64,000 bases of DNA, taken from positions 413,253 through 477,252 of the forward strand of contig CBDFFF010000001.1 in assembly GCA_965246705.1 (NCBI GenBank), in the 5' to 3' direction. The translations under genes were made by a program, and so were the position numbers. This document shows, piece by piece, positions 46,907-56,822 of this stretch (position 1 is its first letter; every line of letters starts with the position of its first letter). The DNA is from Abditibacterium sp. (GTDB taxonomy: Bacteria > Armatimonadota > Abditibacteriia > Abditibacteriales > Abditibacteriaceae). The notes under the pieces are model-generated. The model was not told the DNA's origin, made no database searches, and worked only from the letters and a program-made list of their open reading frames with translations.

Positions 46907-47673
46907 GCGCCAGAGATTTTACTTTCACTGGTGAAAATGGCTTCGATCTGGGTGACGATTTCGCGCACCTGCTGTTCAGAGAATCTGGATTTGACGAAGG
47001 TAACGGTAACAAAACCTCGCTGTTGGGTCTTGCGGAAAATCAACTTTCTTACCAGGATATTTCCCTTGTAGTCGAAAAACTGTTGGAATTCGGCCTCTTT
47101 AATGTCGGTCCATGGAATCCCTCGCGACCAGAAATGTTGGGCACTGGTAAAGACACCATGCGAGTCCAACCGAAGTAAGGGCGGATTAGATAGCCGAAAC
47201 CTGACTTGCAACAAGCACACGGCCAGCATACAAAAAAGTAGGGCGAGCATGGGAAGAGGAAACGCATTCTGGCTAACTTGCACCCAGATCAACAGCACAA
47301 AAAAGACTGCGAGAACGGCGACACCCCACCATGCATCGCGTCTTGTCGCATTGGAATGTAGTTCAAAGGGTGTCCCACTGTATGTTGTGATTGTTTTGGG
47401 AATCAGGTGTCGTTCAACTCGATCTAGGGAGAGGCCCGCATTACGCACCTGACGTGTCGCAAACCAATTGGCGTAAAGGACCACTAAAATGGCGATTCCG
47501 CCAAAAACGCCGGAATTGATTTCTTTATGAAAGATGCGACTGGTTATGTAGTCGGTCGCTATCATTAGGCCCATGAAGGCGCAAAATCCGACTGCCCCTC
47601 CGATCCGTAAGCTGGCTTTGAAAATTTTGTCCGCTTCTTCGCGTTGTTCCGGTGATAATTGGGAAGAGGTCAT
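46903..47673 (-). CDS. hypothetical membrane protein (tandem paralog 1)
   Basis: Four TM segments; N-terminus QLSPEQREEADKIFK shared with the upstream gene. Confidence 0.75.
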   Translation of the reverse strand: MTSSQLSPEQREEADKIFKASLRIGGAVGFCAFMGLMIATDYITSRIFHKEINSGVFGGIAILVVLYANWFATRQVRNAGLSLDRVERHLIPKTITTYSGTPFELHSNATRRDAWWGVAVLAVFFVLLIWVQVSQNAFPLPMLALLFCMLAVCLLQVRFRLSNPPLLRLDSHGVFTSAQHFWSRGIPWTDIKEAEFQQFFDYKGNILVRKLIFRKTQQRGFVTVTFVKSRFSEQQVREIVTQIEAIFTSESKISGA

Positions 47674-48440
47674 AATACGCCTTCTTGGGAATCACCACTC
47701 AATTTAGCTTCGATTTGGGCGACGAGGCTGTCTATCTGGTCGGTTTTGACGGTGAACGAGGAGAGGGGGACTTTGATGAGAATGGCATTGGCATGATCGC
47801 GGAAAATTAGCGTTTTGAGTTGAAGGGCGCCTTTATAGTTGAATGCATCGCGGATTTCCATTGTGGCGACTTTCTCCCACGAGACATGGTGGGACCAAAA
47901 TCCATTCTTGCTGCCTTGAATGCCCTGGGAATCTATCAGTAGCGCGGCTGGGTCGGTCATCAAATAGAGTGCGCCAAGGCACATGGCAATGACCAACACC
48001 AGACAAATAGCCGCGAAAAATGGTGAAAATGGCTCTACGCTTTTTTGGAGGGACCAGAGCCCAAAGAGCATTACACAAGAAAGAACTAGCCCTAAGATGC
48101 CTAGCCACTCTGAATGGGGAGAGTGAAGGGCAATTGGTTCACCCTGGAAATGCGTGGCAGTTCTGAGAATGCTGTGACTCTCGACGTGATCTAAGGAAAG
48201 ACCTGCACTGCGCACCTGGCGAGTGGCAAATGCATTCGTGAAAACACCTACTAATACTGTCAGGCTTCCTATCCATCCCCCGCTACCTTTGGCGTGAAAC
48301 ACCCCTCGGCTCACGAAGATAATGATGACGGTGAGCAACATCAGGACACCAAAGGCTAAAAACCAGCCTGTCCATAAACCGCGTTTGAAGATTTTGTCCG
48401 CTTCTTCGCGTTGTTCGGGTGAGAGTTGAGGAGAACTCAT
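47670..48440 (-). CDS. hypothetical membrane protein (tandem paralog 2)
   Basis: Same length (256 aa) and topology; shared FATRQVRxAGLSLDxVE motif. Confidence 0.75.
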   Translation of the reverse strand: MSSPQLSPEQREEADKIFKRGLWTGWFLAFGVLMLLTVIIIFVSRGVFHAKGSGGWIGSLTVLVGVFTNAFATRQVRSAGLSLDHVESHSILRTATHFQGEPIALHSPHSEWLGILGLVLSCVMLFGLWSLQKSVEPFSPFFAAICLVLVIAMCLGALYLMTDPAALLIDSQGIQGSKNGFWSHHVSWEKVATMEIRDAFNYKGALQLKTLIFRDHANAILIKVPLSSFTVKTDQIDSLVAQIEAKLSGDSQEGVL

Positions 48441-48449
48441 AACTGAAGA

Positions 48450-48716
48450 TTAGTGCAGTTTGCCGCGCCAGCGCTTCCAGAAATAGACGCCGACAGCCCA
48501 CAGGCTGGAGAATTTGAAGGTGGGGTCAACGTATTTTTCGATGACGTAAAAGGCGAAGTAGTAGAAGCGGCAAAAACACCAGATCGCGACGACCAGTAGG
48601 AAGGCGTTGCGCCAGGAGAAGTTCTCGCCGAGCAGAACTGAGGTGGCGACTGCGCCCGCGAAGAGGAACAGGAAGCCCTTGAGGATGATGAGGCGGGAAG
48701 ATTTGAGGTCGCCCAT
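48450..48716 (-). CDS. small hypothetical membrane protein
   Basis: 88 aa with two TM segments; RFYYFAFYVIEKYVDP. Confidence 0.7.
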   Translation of the reverse strand: MGDLKSSRLIILKGFLFLFAGAVATSVLLGENFSWRNAFLLVVAIWCFCRFYYFAFYVIEKYVDPTFKFSSLWAVGVYFWKRWRGKLH

Positions 48717-48734
48717 TACGGTTTGGCGGACATC

Positions 48735-49478
48735 TTACTGAGGTTCTGGTTCGTAGCGCGAGAGGAGGGGCAAAATCGCTTGAACTGTGGTGGCTCGTTC
48801 GTACTCCCAGCCTTTTTGCCGGGCGTTGGGTTTGAAGGCGGCGGGTATTTCTCCTGGTTGATGAAACACGAAGCTTTCCCCTAATCCCAGAACCCACCAT
48901 GACAGGCTGATGTCGCGGAAATAGAAATCGGGTAGGTCGTGGAGCGAAGCCTTGAGTTTGTTGTAAGCAGCGACCTTCTGTTTTTCCTGGTCGTTTTTGG
49001 GGAGGTAGCTATCGAATTTGTGGCGGATGTCCTTCATCCCCACGGCCATGTGGCTGAGTTGTCCATTGATAGTCGCATTTTCGGCTTTGAGTCGGGCGTA
49101 CTCTTCGGGTGAGATAAACGGTTCCACGCTCAACAAAAAGTTGGGAGGGCCTAACGTGGGGGCGTGTGGTTCAGGACTATCATTGAGCATAGGTTCGTGC
49201 GTGATTAGAACCTCGTCTTCGCGTTGCACTTGGATGAGGTTGTATTGGGGCTGGTAGGTGACTTCCCAACTTCCATAGGGCGTGTTAGGAGATGCTTTCC
49301 AGGCATCGTCTTTAGTTTTGTCCAAGTGGGAAGAGATGAGGCGCACCAGAGCCGCAGCGGTCGCGTCGCGGTGATGGAGGAGTTCTTCGTCGGGGTTTAC
49401 AGGTGCGGTTTGGGCATTGGCCAACCAAGGCGTCACCAGTAATAGGCCCAGCATGGAGAAGAAAATGGTGCGCTGCAT
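48735..49478 (-). CDS. hypothetical secreted protein
   Basis: Signal peptide MQRTIFFSMLGLLLVTPWLANA at 49478; no motif recognised. Confidence 0.6.
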   Translation of the reverse strand: MQRTIFFSMLGLLLVTPWLANAQTAPVNPDEELLHHRDATAAALVRLISSHLDKTKDDAWKASPNTPYGSWEVTYQPQYNLIQVQREDEVLITHEPMLNDSPEPHAPTLGPPNFLLSVEPFISPEEYARLKAENATINGQLSHMAVGMKDIRHKFDSYLPKNDQEKQKVAAYNKLKASLHDLPDFYFRDISLSWWVLGLGESFVFHQPGEIPAAFKPNARQKGWEYERATTVQAILPLLSRYEPEPQ

Positions 49479-49596
49479 TGTGTTCGTGTAGTGTGAAATA
49501 AGTTGGGTTCCAGCACAAAAAATTCTGGTCAGGAGTTCGCGAGGCGGGCGCGAAGTTGTTCGGGAGGGAGATTGCTCGTAAATCTGCACTAATATG

Positions 49597-49725
49597 ACTC
49601 ATGTTTCGCAGTGGAATGTGGTAAGTGCTGGTCAAGTGCTTCCTGAACCACCCCTAACCCCTCCTTGAAAAGGAGGGGAACTGGTGAGGTCACTTCGCTA
49701 CCATATCTCACTGCATAACATGAGT
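49597..49725. mobile_element. MITE-like element with 27-bp imperfect terminal inverted repeats
   Basis: 49597-49623 versus reverse complement of 49699-49725: 22/27 identical; internal CCCCTCCTT-GAA-AAGGAGGGG palindrome shared with 19261-19345. Confidence 0.6.
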
Positions 49726-49838
49726 AACATGATTCGCGACGAATTCTCGAAAAAGTGGTGAGACCAGTCGCCGAGGAGATGTGCGGTAAAATAACTGCTG
49801 ATTCATCTTCGCGTCGCCACCAAGAAAATCTGCAAGCT

Positions 49839-50888
49839 ATGACCCCTGACCTCAAGAAACGACAGCCCAAACGAGAGGACGGGCGTCTCAAAACAGCGAC
49901 TTTAACCGATGTGGCCAAAGTCGCCGGGGTGACTGCCATGACGGTTTCCAGGGTTATCAAAGGCAGCGGCTATGTGGCTCCCGCCACGCGCGAGCGGGTG
50001 ATGCACGCCGCTCAGGAATTGAACTACACAGCCAATCTGACGGCGCGCGCTCTGGTGACGGGACGAACAGGCGCTATCGCGATCATCAGCGGCAATCTGA
50101 ATATGCCGTACTGTGCCAACATCGTGCATTTGTTCGATTCGTTGCTGTCTTCGAGTGGCTATCAAATCCGGCTGTTGCACACACGCGGCGAACTGAGCGA
50201 CCTTATCAATTCAACAAATTCGGCCTCCGTTGATGGCGTTATTGTCGCGGGTATGCATCACTTCGTCGAGGAACTCAGTTCCATCAACCGCCACATTGTT
50301 CCGCCCTCCGTTCATGTTGGCATTACGAAGCCGGTGCAGGGCGATTACGTTTTTATCAACTTGCGCCCTGCCGTCGAAGATGCGCTCGAACGGATGCTGG
50401 CTGCCGGACGCAAACGCATCGCTTTTATCGGAGTCGGGCAGAACATGTCCATCCATGACCGCGAAATCCGTCCGCAAACCTACGTGTCGGTGATGCAAAA
50501 GGCGGGACGCACTCCTGAACTCGTGAGCGCCTGCCCACGGTACGATGTGCCGGGAGAGGAGCGGGTCGCCATCATTAAGTCGTACATCGAGACCTACGGC
50601 TGCCCCGACGGTATGCTGTGCGTCAATGACGACATCGCTATCCAAACCTATCGCGCCTTAATGGATTTGGGTTGTCGCATTCCCGAAGATGCGCTGCTGG
50701 TCGGGTGCGACGGCTTACCTATCCTGCAATATTTCGAGCCACCGCTCAGCACCATCGCCCAACCGATGGAAGAGATGTGCGCGCTGGCGTGGCAATTTTT
50801 GCAGGCCCGTATCGCCAACCCCGATCTGCCGCCGCAATGCACGAATTTCGACGCGAAGTTAGTCGCGCGTAAGTCACTCCAAAACTAA
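49839..50888 (+). CDS. LacI family transcriptional regulator
   Basis: ATLTDVAKVAGVTAMTVSRVI HTH; YTANLTARALVTG hinge; CVNDDIA, LVGCDG and PPLSTIAQP. Confidence 0.95.
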   Translation: MTPDLKKRQPKREDGRLKTATLTDVAKVAGVTAMTVSRVIKGSGYVAPATRERVMHAAQELNYTANLTARALVTGRTGAIAIISGNLNMPYCANIVHLFDSLLSSSGYQIRLLHTRGELSDLINSTNSASVDGVIVAGMHHFVEELSSINRHIVPPSVHVGITKPVQGDYVFINLRPAVEDALERMLAAGRKRIAFIGVGQNMSIHDREIRPQTYVSVMQKAGRTPELVSACPRYDVPGEERVAIIKSYIETYGCPDGMLCVNDDIAIQTYRALMDLGCRIPEDALLVGCDGLPILQYFEPPLSTIAQPMEEMCALAWQFLQARIANPDLPPQCTNFDAKLVARKSLQN

Positions 50889-50948
50889 CTCGCCAAAATT
50901 TTCTCGATGTTGTTTAAACGCGGGAAAAACTGGGTATAATAAAGTTCG

Positions 50949-50960
50949 GTTAACGTTAAC
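50949..50960. promoter_or_regulatory. candidate LacI operator GTTAACGTTAAC
   Basis: Perfect 12-bp palindrome with central CG, just downstream of TATAAT (50935-50940) and upstream of the DUF1559 gene that follows lacI. Confidence 0.6.
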
Positions 50961-50972
50961 ACAAAGGACGAT

Positions 50973-51692
50973 ATGAAAAGATTCCTACAATACAAAGCAT
51001 TTACTCTCATTGAGCTTCTCGTTGTTATAGCAATCATTGCTATTCTCGCTGCGATTTTGTTTCCAGTTTTCGCCCGCGCGAGGGAAAACGCCCGTCGTGC
51101 CAGTTGCCAGAGCAACCTCAAGCAAATTGGTTTGGGACTGATGCAGTACACCCAGGATTACGATGAAACGATGGTCATGGTGTATTATGGAACCGCCGAT
51201 TCGGCCTGGATGTCCACGCTTCAGCCCTATGTCAAGAGCTACCAGGTCTTTGTTTGTCCCAGCGACACACGGACTATTAAGCCCAGCAACACCACGACCG
51301 ACACCAGTTACGGCATCAACATGGGGGGCTGGGGCGAAGGCGCCGGGTCGCGCAAGGGACCGCCACTCAGTACAGGAACTGCCCGCGTCAATCTGGCATC
51401 CATTGATTCTGTGGCAACCACAGTGTTTGCGCTGGATTGCAACGGCTACGAGGACACGACCCAGTGGAACGATATTGGTATCTCCAACGGGCAAAGATTT
51501 ACTTCCACCACCTCGCCGCGCACTTTGAATGGTGGAGGTATCGAACGCCATCTGGAAACTATTAATGTTCTCTGGTGCGATGGTCACGTCAAAGCCATGA
51601 AAGGAGAAAACTTGCTCCGTGGCACCAGTGGCACTTTCGGCGATACCACACTGCGAGCCACCTACTTCACCTGCGCTGCCGACCCCGATTGA
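50973..51692 (+). CDS. prepilin-type DUF1559 / H-X9-DG protein (copy 3)
   Basis: [38 protein letters not shown]; [16 protein letters not shown]. Confidence 0.92.
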   Translation: MKRFLQYKAFTLIELLVVIAIIAILAAILFPVFARARENARRASCQSNLKQIGLGLMQYTQDYDETMVMVYYGTADSAWMSTLQPYVKSYQVFVCPSDTRTIKPSNTTTDTSYGINMGGWGEGAGSRKGPPLSTGTARVNLASIDSVATTVFALDCNGYEDTTQWNDIGISNGQRFTSTTSPRTLNGGGIERHLETINVLWCDGHVKAMKGENLLRGTSGTFGDTTLRATYFTCAADPD

Positions 51693-51860
51693 TAGCGCTG
51701 GCATTTCTCAAGTGGTCTCGCGCTTTGTGAAGGGCACAAGGGTAGTGGGATGGCAACTGAAATAATATGAATTGCCAGCCTCATCGGAAAAGTACCGTTT
51801 CGTTGATGCGAGCTATAATCGCGTTCATATCACGTTCTACTTGGCTTCGGCTGAGCATGG

Positions 51861-52271
51861 TTAATCCTCCATATCGTCGGGTGGGAAGCCTTTGGCCATC
51901 GCGGTTTTGAGGGGGCGAAAGCCGAACTTGCGGTAGAGCGGCTGGTTCGCCTGTTCTGCGGTGAGCAGGAGCGCCATGTGGGGGCCGAACGATTCGAGGA
52001 GCGATTCCATGAGGGCGTGGCCGATGCCGCGCCCCTGGAAATCGGGGTGGACGCAGAGGCCGTGAATGGAGGCGTCGAGTTCACCATCGGAGAAGGCATA
52101 GACGCCGCCGACAATTTCGCCGTTGAGGAGGGCGAGACGGGTTGCGTAGGAGCGGCGAAAGACGCGCTCGATGAGGTCGGCGGTTTGGACGCCTTTAAAG
52201 GCGAGGGCATACACCTGGGCCAAGCGCTCCCAGTCCACATCTTCTAAATCGGCTTGAATTTGTAGAGGCAT
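51861..52271 (-). CDS. GNAT family N-acetyltransferase
   Basis: IHGLCVHPDFQGRGIGHALM; LYRKFGF. Confidence 0.88.
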   Translation of the reverse strand: MPLQIQADLEDVDWERLAQVYALAFKGVQTADLIERVFRRSYATRLALLNGEIVGGVYAFSDGELDASIHGLCVHPDFQGRGIGHALMESLLESFGPHMALLLTAEQANQPLYRKFGFRPLKTAMAKGFPPDDMED

Positions 52272-52299
52272 AGTCTCACCAAGTCGCAAACCGGGCGCC

Positions 52300-52404
52300 T
52301 AGAGCCGTTTTCAGTTGAGATGGGGACGCACAATTGGAAATTTTTCCGAACTGGAGGTGGAGACCGTTCGCAGACTGCAGACTCAGGATGACACGGTTAT
52401 TCCA
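52300..52404 (-). mobile_element. MITE-like element, copy C
   Basis: TAGAGCCGTTTTCAGTTGAG ... CTCAGGATGAC; same family as 20448-20542 in reverse orientation. Confidence 0.55.
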
Positions 52405-52439
52405 TTCTCATTTGGCTATTAACTCAACTGGTATTCGCC

Positions 52440-53228
52440 TTATCTGACGCTGTAGCCGACAGTGACAATCGCTGTGATTTTCTTTTCGAGACTGGAGGTG
52501 TCGTCGGTGCCGCCATCGTCGTCCGAGTTGGAGTATTGAGGGGTGATGGAAGGCGCCGTCATGCGTGCCCAGCGCACCTCGCCCAGGCGGGCGCCCGCCG
52601 CTTCCGCGATGCTTTGCGCGCGTTGGCGGGCATCTTTGGCGGCTTCGGCTTGCATCGAGACCTTTAAATCTGAGAGCTTGGTGTAGAGGAAGCGCGGCGC
52701 GGCGGGCGCAAAGGGGACGCCCTGACCGATAAGTTCGGAGGCCTGGCGCGACAAATCATCGAGCAAGTCCACTTTTTCGGAGCGCACTTCGATGGACTGC
52801 GTGAGTTCGTAGCCCGCCACCTGGCGCAAAATCGAGGTGTCGCTGGCGCTGGCATCGGTTTCACCGGGGGCGCGCTGATAGAGGGTGCGTGTGGCAATCG
52901 CTTGCGGAAAAATCTCTTTATCGGTGATGCCCTTGGCTTTGAGATAGGATTCGACTTTGGTAAGGTCGGCCTTTAATTGCGTGTAGGCTGTTCCCACCTG
53001 AGGGGCTGTCCGCGAGACTTGACCGCTCCAGATGATGAAGTCCGAGCGAATGGGTTTGCGGGCGCTGCCCACGACGCGGATGATGTCGTCGCCCGACCGC
53101 GAACGCACCAGGGCACTGCCCAGAGTTTTCAGACCAATAACCCAGCCAATCCCCAAAATGACGGCGATCCAGATACCGCGCCCGACAGCAATTTTCCGCA
53201 CCCTCACAGCGTACTTCTCAGGCGACAT
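52440..53228 (-). CDS. SIMPL (DUF541) domain protein
   Basis: TM; IRVVGSARKPIRSD; AAKDARQRAQSIAEAAGARLG; EKKITAIVTVGY. Confidence 0.88.
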   Translation of the reverse strand: MSPEKYAVRVRKIAVGRGIWIAVILGIGWVIGLKTLGSALVRSRSGDDIIRVVGSARKPIRSDFIIWSGQVSRTAPQVGTAYTQLKADLTKVESYLKAKGITDKEIFPQAIATRTLYQRAPGETDASASDTSILRQVAGYELTQSIEVRSEKVDLLDDLSRQASELIGQGVPFAPAAPRFLYTKLSDLKVSMQAEAAKDARQRAQSIAEAAGARLGEVRWARMTAPSITPQYSNSDDDGGTDDTSSLEKKITAIVTVGYSVR

Positions 53229-53306
53229 TGATGTTGTGCATTTTTGTATCGGTCGCGGCTTTAGTCCATTTTTACAGCGAATCTGGGAGCCGTATTCCCC
53301 ATTTGC

Positions 53307-53361
53307 GTCCGGGGCAAAAACGCCCCGTCTGGAAGGCCTACGGCCCAACGCCCTCACGGGC
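53307..53361. repeat. second copy of the 23557-23611 repeat
   Basis: TCCGGGGCAAAAACGCCCCGTCTGGAAGGCCTACGGCCCAACGCCCTCACGGGC. Confidence 0.7.
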
Positions 53362-53451
53362 TTCACTTTCGCGGGCTTCACTTCACACCAACTCTGCTAT
53401 CTCGTTTTAGAGCAGGACATCCAGAATGGAACACTTCTTTCGGATTCGCCA

Positions 53452-53550
53452 TAGAACAGCTTTCAGCTGAGATAATTGATCGTTGACCGTAGTGTTATCC
53501 GAACAGTTTGTGTAGATCCTTCGCAGGCTCAGGATGACGACGCTGCTCTA
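53452..53550 (-). mobile_element. MITE-like element, copy D
   Basis: TAGAACAGCTTTCAGCTGAG ... GTGTAGATCCTTCGCAGGCTCAGGATGACGACGCTGCTCTA. Confidence 0.6.
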
Positions 53551-53742
53551 GCCTTGCCCTAGCGTATAGCCACTCTTTTGATGTTTGATTTTGTAATCCG
53601 CAAGTAGTAGGGAACTGTTTGAGGGCGAACACAAGGAAGCTCCTGCAGGGTCATAGGGTCATAGGGAACTCGAAAAATGGACCGAATTCCGAGTTGCGGA
53701 TTAGATTCTCAAATATCAATATAGTAGAGAAAACAAGCCTTT

Positions 53743-53780
53743 GAAAAACAAAAGAAGGACGCACTCTGTGCGTCCTTCTT
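53743..53780 (-). terminator. intrinsic terminator of the helicase gene
   Basis: AAGAAGGACGCAC-TCT-GTGCGTCCTTCTT with a minus-strand U tract. Confidence 0.75.
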
Positions 53781-53795
53781 CCGGGTATTGACTGT

Positions 53796-55421
53796 TTAGT
53801 AGCGGCGTGAGCGGCCATTGCCGCCGCGCGACGGGCCGCGCCCGTTGCCACGACCTCCGCCGCCGCTGCGACGTTGGCCGTTATTGGCTGCGTGTGTCGC
53901 GGCCATGGGGAACTTGCCCTCGTTGTCGGTTGCGAAAGGAATGGGAAGCCCCATCGTTTTCTCGATGTCGCGCACATCGCGCCACTGTTCGGGAGCTGCG
54001 AACGAGGTGGCGATGCCACTGCGTCCGGCACGAGCGGTGCGACCGATGCGGTGAACGTAATCTTCCGCCGAATCGGGCAAATCGAACTGGAGGACCACTT
54101 CGATGCCCGTTACGTCGATGCCGCGAGCGGCGATGTCGGTGGCGACCAGAACGCGGTAGTGACCCGCCTTGAAGCCATCAAGGGCCTGACGGCGCTGGGC
54201 GAGGGTACGGTCGGAGTGGATTTCCGCCGCGCGAATACCGATGTTGTTCACGAAGCGAGCGACCTTGTTGGCACGGCTACGGGTGCGGGCGAAGACCAGC
54301 ACACTGCCGGTGTTTTCGCCGAGCAAACGCTCTAGCAACACGGTTTTCTCTTCCTGATCGACGACATAGAGGCGCTGGTCGATATTTTCGGCGGTGGTTC
54401 CGGCGCGTTCGATTTCGACGCGCTGCGGATCGCGCATGAACTGTTTCGTGATGCTCACGATCTCGTCGGGCATGGTTGCCGAAAAGAGCAGGGTCTGGCG
54501 ATCTTCGGGCACCTGTTCCAAGATGCGACGAATTTGCGGCGCGAAGCCCATATCGAGCATGCGGTCGGCCTCATCGAGAACGACGCAGTCAACGGCGCGC
54601 AAGTCCACGTCGGCATTGCTGAGGTAGTCGTTTAGACGGCCCGGCGTGGCGATGATGATGTCCGGGTTGCGGCGCAACTGCGAAAGCTGCGGGCGAACCG
54701 GGGCGCCACCGATGAGAACCGCCGTGCGGAGACGGAACGGATGACCGACATTTTGCAGGGCTTCATCGACCTGAAGCGCGAGTTCGCGCGTTGGGAGCAG
54801 GATGAGTGCGCGGCCTTTCGATTTGCCCGAAAAGATGCGTTCGAGGATTGGCAAACCAAAAGCCAGGGTTTTGCCGGTTCCGGTCTGGGCGATGCCGAGC
54901 AGATCGGCACCCGATGCGACGACCGGGATTCCCAGCGCCTGAATCGGTGTCGGTGTCTGAAAGCCAAGCTCGTCCAGAACGGCGAGCATCGGCGGCGACA
55001 GCGGCAGTTGGTGGAACGAGGTCGCGACTTCGCCCTCGGCTAAGGGCATGACGGGCAATTGAACTTCGGTGGAAGCGACTTCGGGGGCAGATGCCTCGAT
55101 GGCGGCTTCAACTTCGGGCTCGACTTCTTCGGCTTCGACGCTGGGGGCAACGAACTCGGCAACTTCGCCTAATTTTTCGGGCATAACCTTGGCGACTGCT
55201 GCGCGCGCTGCCTCTTTGGGCGACACGGGCTTGGTGACTTCGGCAGAAGCGGTGTCGCTCGCGACGGTGTTCAGTTCGGCTAACTCGATGGCGATAGCTT
55301 TCTTGCGCTTAGGGACCGGGGATTGGGCGGCTGTCGTAGATTTCGGCGCGGTTTTGGTCGCGGACGCGACCGAGGACTTGACGGAGCGCTTAGGCTTCGT
55401 CGCTGTATTTAATTCGTTCAT
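53796..55421 (-). CDS. DEAD-box RNA helicase (RhlE-like) with low-complexity N-terminal extension
   Basis: Q motif GFQTPTPIQ, AQTGTGKT, PTRELA, DEADRMLDMGF, SAT and HRIGRTARAG. Confidence 0.95.
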   Translation of the reverse strand: MNELNTATKPKRSVKSSVASATKTAPKSTTAAQSPVPKRKKAIAIELAELNTVASDTASAEVTKPVSPKEAARAAVAKVMPEKLGEVAEFVAPSVEAEEVEPEVEAAIEASAPEVASTEVQLPVMPLAEGEVATSFHQLPLSPPMLAVLDELGFQTPTPIQALGIPVVASGADLLGIAQTGTGKTLAFGLPILERIFSGKSKGRALILLPTRELALQVDEALQNVGHPFRLRTAVLIGGAPVRPQLSQLRRNPDIIIATPGRLNDYLSNADVDLRAVDCVVLDEADRMLDMGFAPQIRRILEQVPEDRQTLLFSATMPDEIVSITKQFMRDPQRVEIERAGTTAENIDQRLYVVDQEEKTVLLERLLGENTGSVLVFARTRSRANKVARFVNNIGIRAAEIHSDRTLAQRRQALDGFKAGHYRVLVATDIAARGIDVTGIEVVLQFDLPDSAEDYVHRIGRTARAGRSGIATSFAAPEQWRDVRDIEKTMGLPIPFATDNEGKFPMAATHAANNGQRRSGGGGRGNGRGPSRGGNGRSRRY

Positions 55422-55656
55422 ATTGTGTGCAATTGTGGCGCGTTGACCCCAACAACCGAAACGGGCCAACAAGCAATTGCAAACCAAACGGAAGACGGAG
55501 CCTAATTTTTGCCCTCTGAAATGGGCTAACGCAGAACGCGCGTTTCAATTCTACCAGCATCAGACGCACAACTGCGCCTCGCGTCCCCTCGACTTCACAA
55601 ATGGCTCTAAGAAGGGATTCGCATTATGTGCAACTCGTCTTTAACCGAATTGTAGG

Positions 55657-55732
55657 GTGAAGAGCAGGAAGACACTCTGCAAGAGCCTCTCGCGGACATG
55701 ACAACACCTGCAAGCGGGTACCCAGTCCCTAC
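55657..55732. repeat. degenerate REP-like doublet
   Basis: GTAGGG...GCCTCTCGCGGACATGAC...GTCCCTAC, related to 43298-43330. Confidence 0.45.
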
Positions 55733-55847
55733 AATCGCCTCGCTCCTATTAAATAAGTCAAGCATCTTGGCCTGATGGCCTTCGAGAAGGGAAGTGCTGC
55801 TCTATAACGTGACGTAACTTCTGGGCCTGATTTCCCTCTAAAACTCG

Positions 55848-56756
55848 ATGTTCTTCCTCCGAATTTCTCTGTTGCTTCCGCTAGCTGTGGTTGGGCTCGT
55901 GGTGCCCGCGCGAGCGCAAGGTCCGATCACTTTTCCGCTTGATATTCCGGCTGGCAGTGCGTCGGCCTCTAAAACTGCCTATCTGCTCGATCCCGCTCAT
56001 AACCCGGCTCCCAATGGCGCGTTCGCGTTGTGGCCGGGGCTACCGTTATTGAAAGATTTGAGCCCTCAGGCGGCTCGCCTGTTCGTGCCCCCGCCCGCCT
56101 TCGCTTATCATCTGCCCGCTGGGATTGGGTCGGTAATGCCGACGCAGGGGAATGAGGAACATGCTGTCACGGCGATATATACGACCAACTCGCCCAATGT
56201 GGATATGGGGCCGGGAACGCCGCTGGGTAACATTCTCAGTGAAGTCGCTTGGTTGGGGCAGACGGATAAGCCCACAGAAGTCGCCGCAACACTGTGGCGG
56301 TTTACAGATGAAATTCAGGAACCTTTTGCCGGGATGCTCAAAGACTGGGATGGCAAAACGCCCCTCATTCGACAGGTGGACCGCGAGGATGTTTGGAAAG
56401 TCCCGATTACCGGAAATTACTATAAAAGTTCACCAAAATACCATCTCACTTCAGGCATGTCTGTGGATATGGAATTCCATTCGGCGCTCGCGTCCGAACA
56501 TAGGAATCCGGCATTGCCTCAAGACCATGTGCGTATCACGGTAGTGCGGCCACTTCGTGAAGGCGAAAATGAGATGAGGCCAGAATCTCGACTGTCGGCT
56601 TTGATTGATAGTCCGGGGCAATTCTGGGAGCCAGTTCTAGTGCCGCAATTTTCGCCGGATAAAGACCTCGTGGTGCTGTTGCCTGAAAATCATGACAAAG
56701 ACGGAGTCAAAGCGACCTTTCTTCAATTTCATCTGTTTCTTCCGGGACGCGGTTAA
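55848..56756 (+). CDS. hypothetical secreted protein
   Basis: Signal peptide ending PARA; no motif recognised. Confidence 0.6.
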   Translation: MFFLRISLLLPLAVVGLVVPARAQGPITFPLDIPAGSASASKTAYLLDPAHNPAPNGAFALWPGLPLLKDLSPQAARLFVPPPAFAYHLPAGIGSVMPTQGNEEHAVTAIYTTNSPNVDMGPGTPLGNILSEVAWLGQTDKPTEVAATLWRFTDEIQEPFAGMLKDWDGKTPLIRQVDREDVWKVPITGNYYKSSPKYHLTSGMSVDMEFHSALASEHRNPALPQDHVRITVVRPLREGENEMRPESRLSALIDSPGQFWEPVLVPQFSPDKDLVVLLPENHDKDGVKATFLQFHLFLPGRG

Positions 56757-56822
56757 AAAGTGAAGATCATCTTGGGCTCCCGGTGTTGAATCATGGCGCA
56801 TCATTGGCCCTGAATCTCCGGG

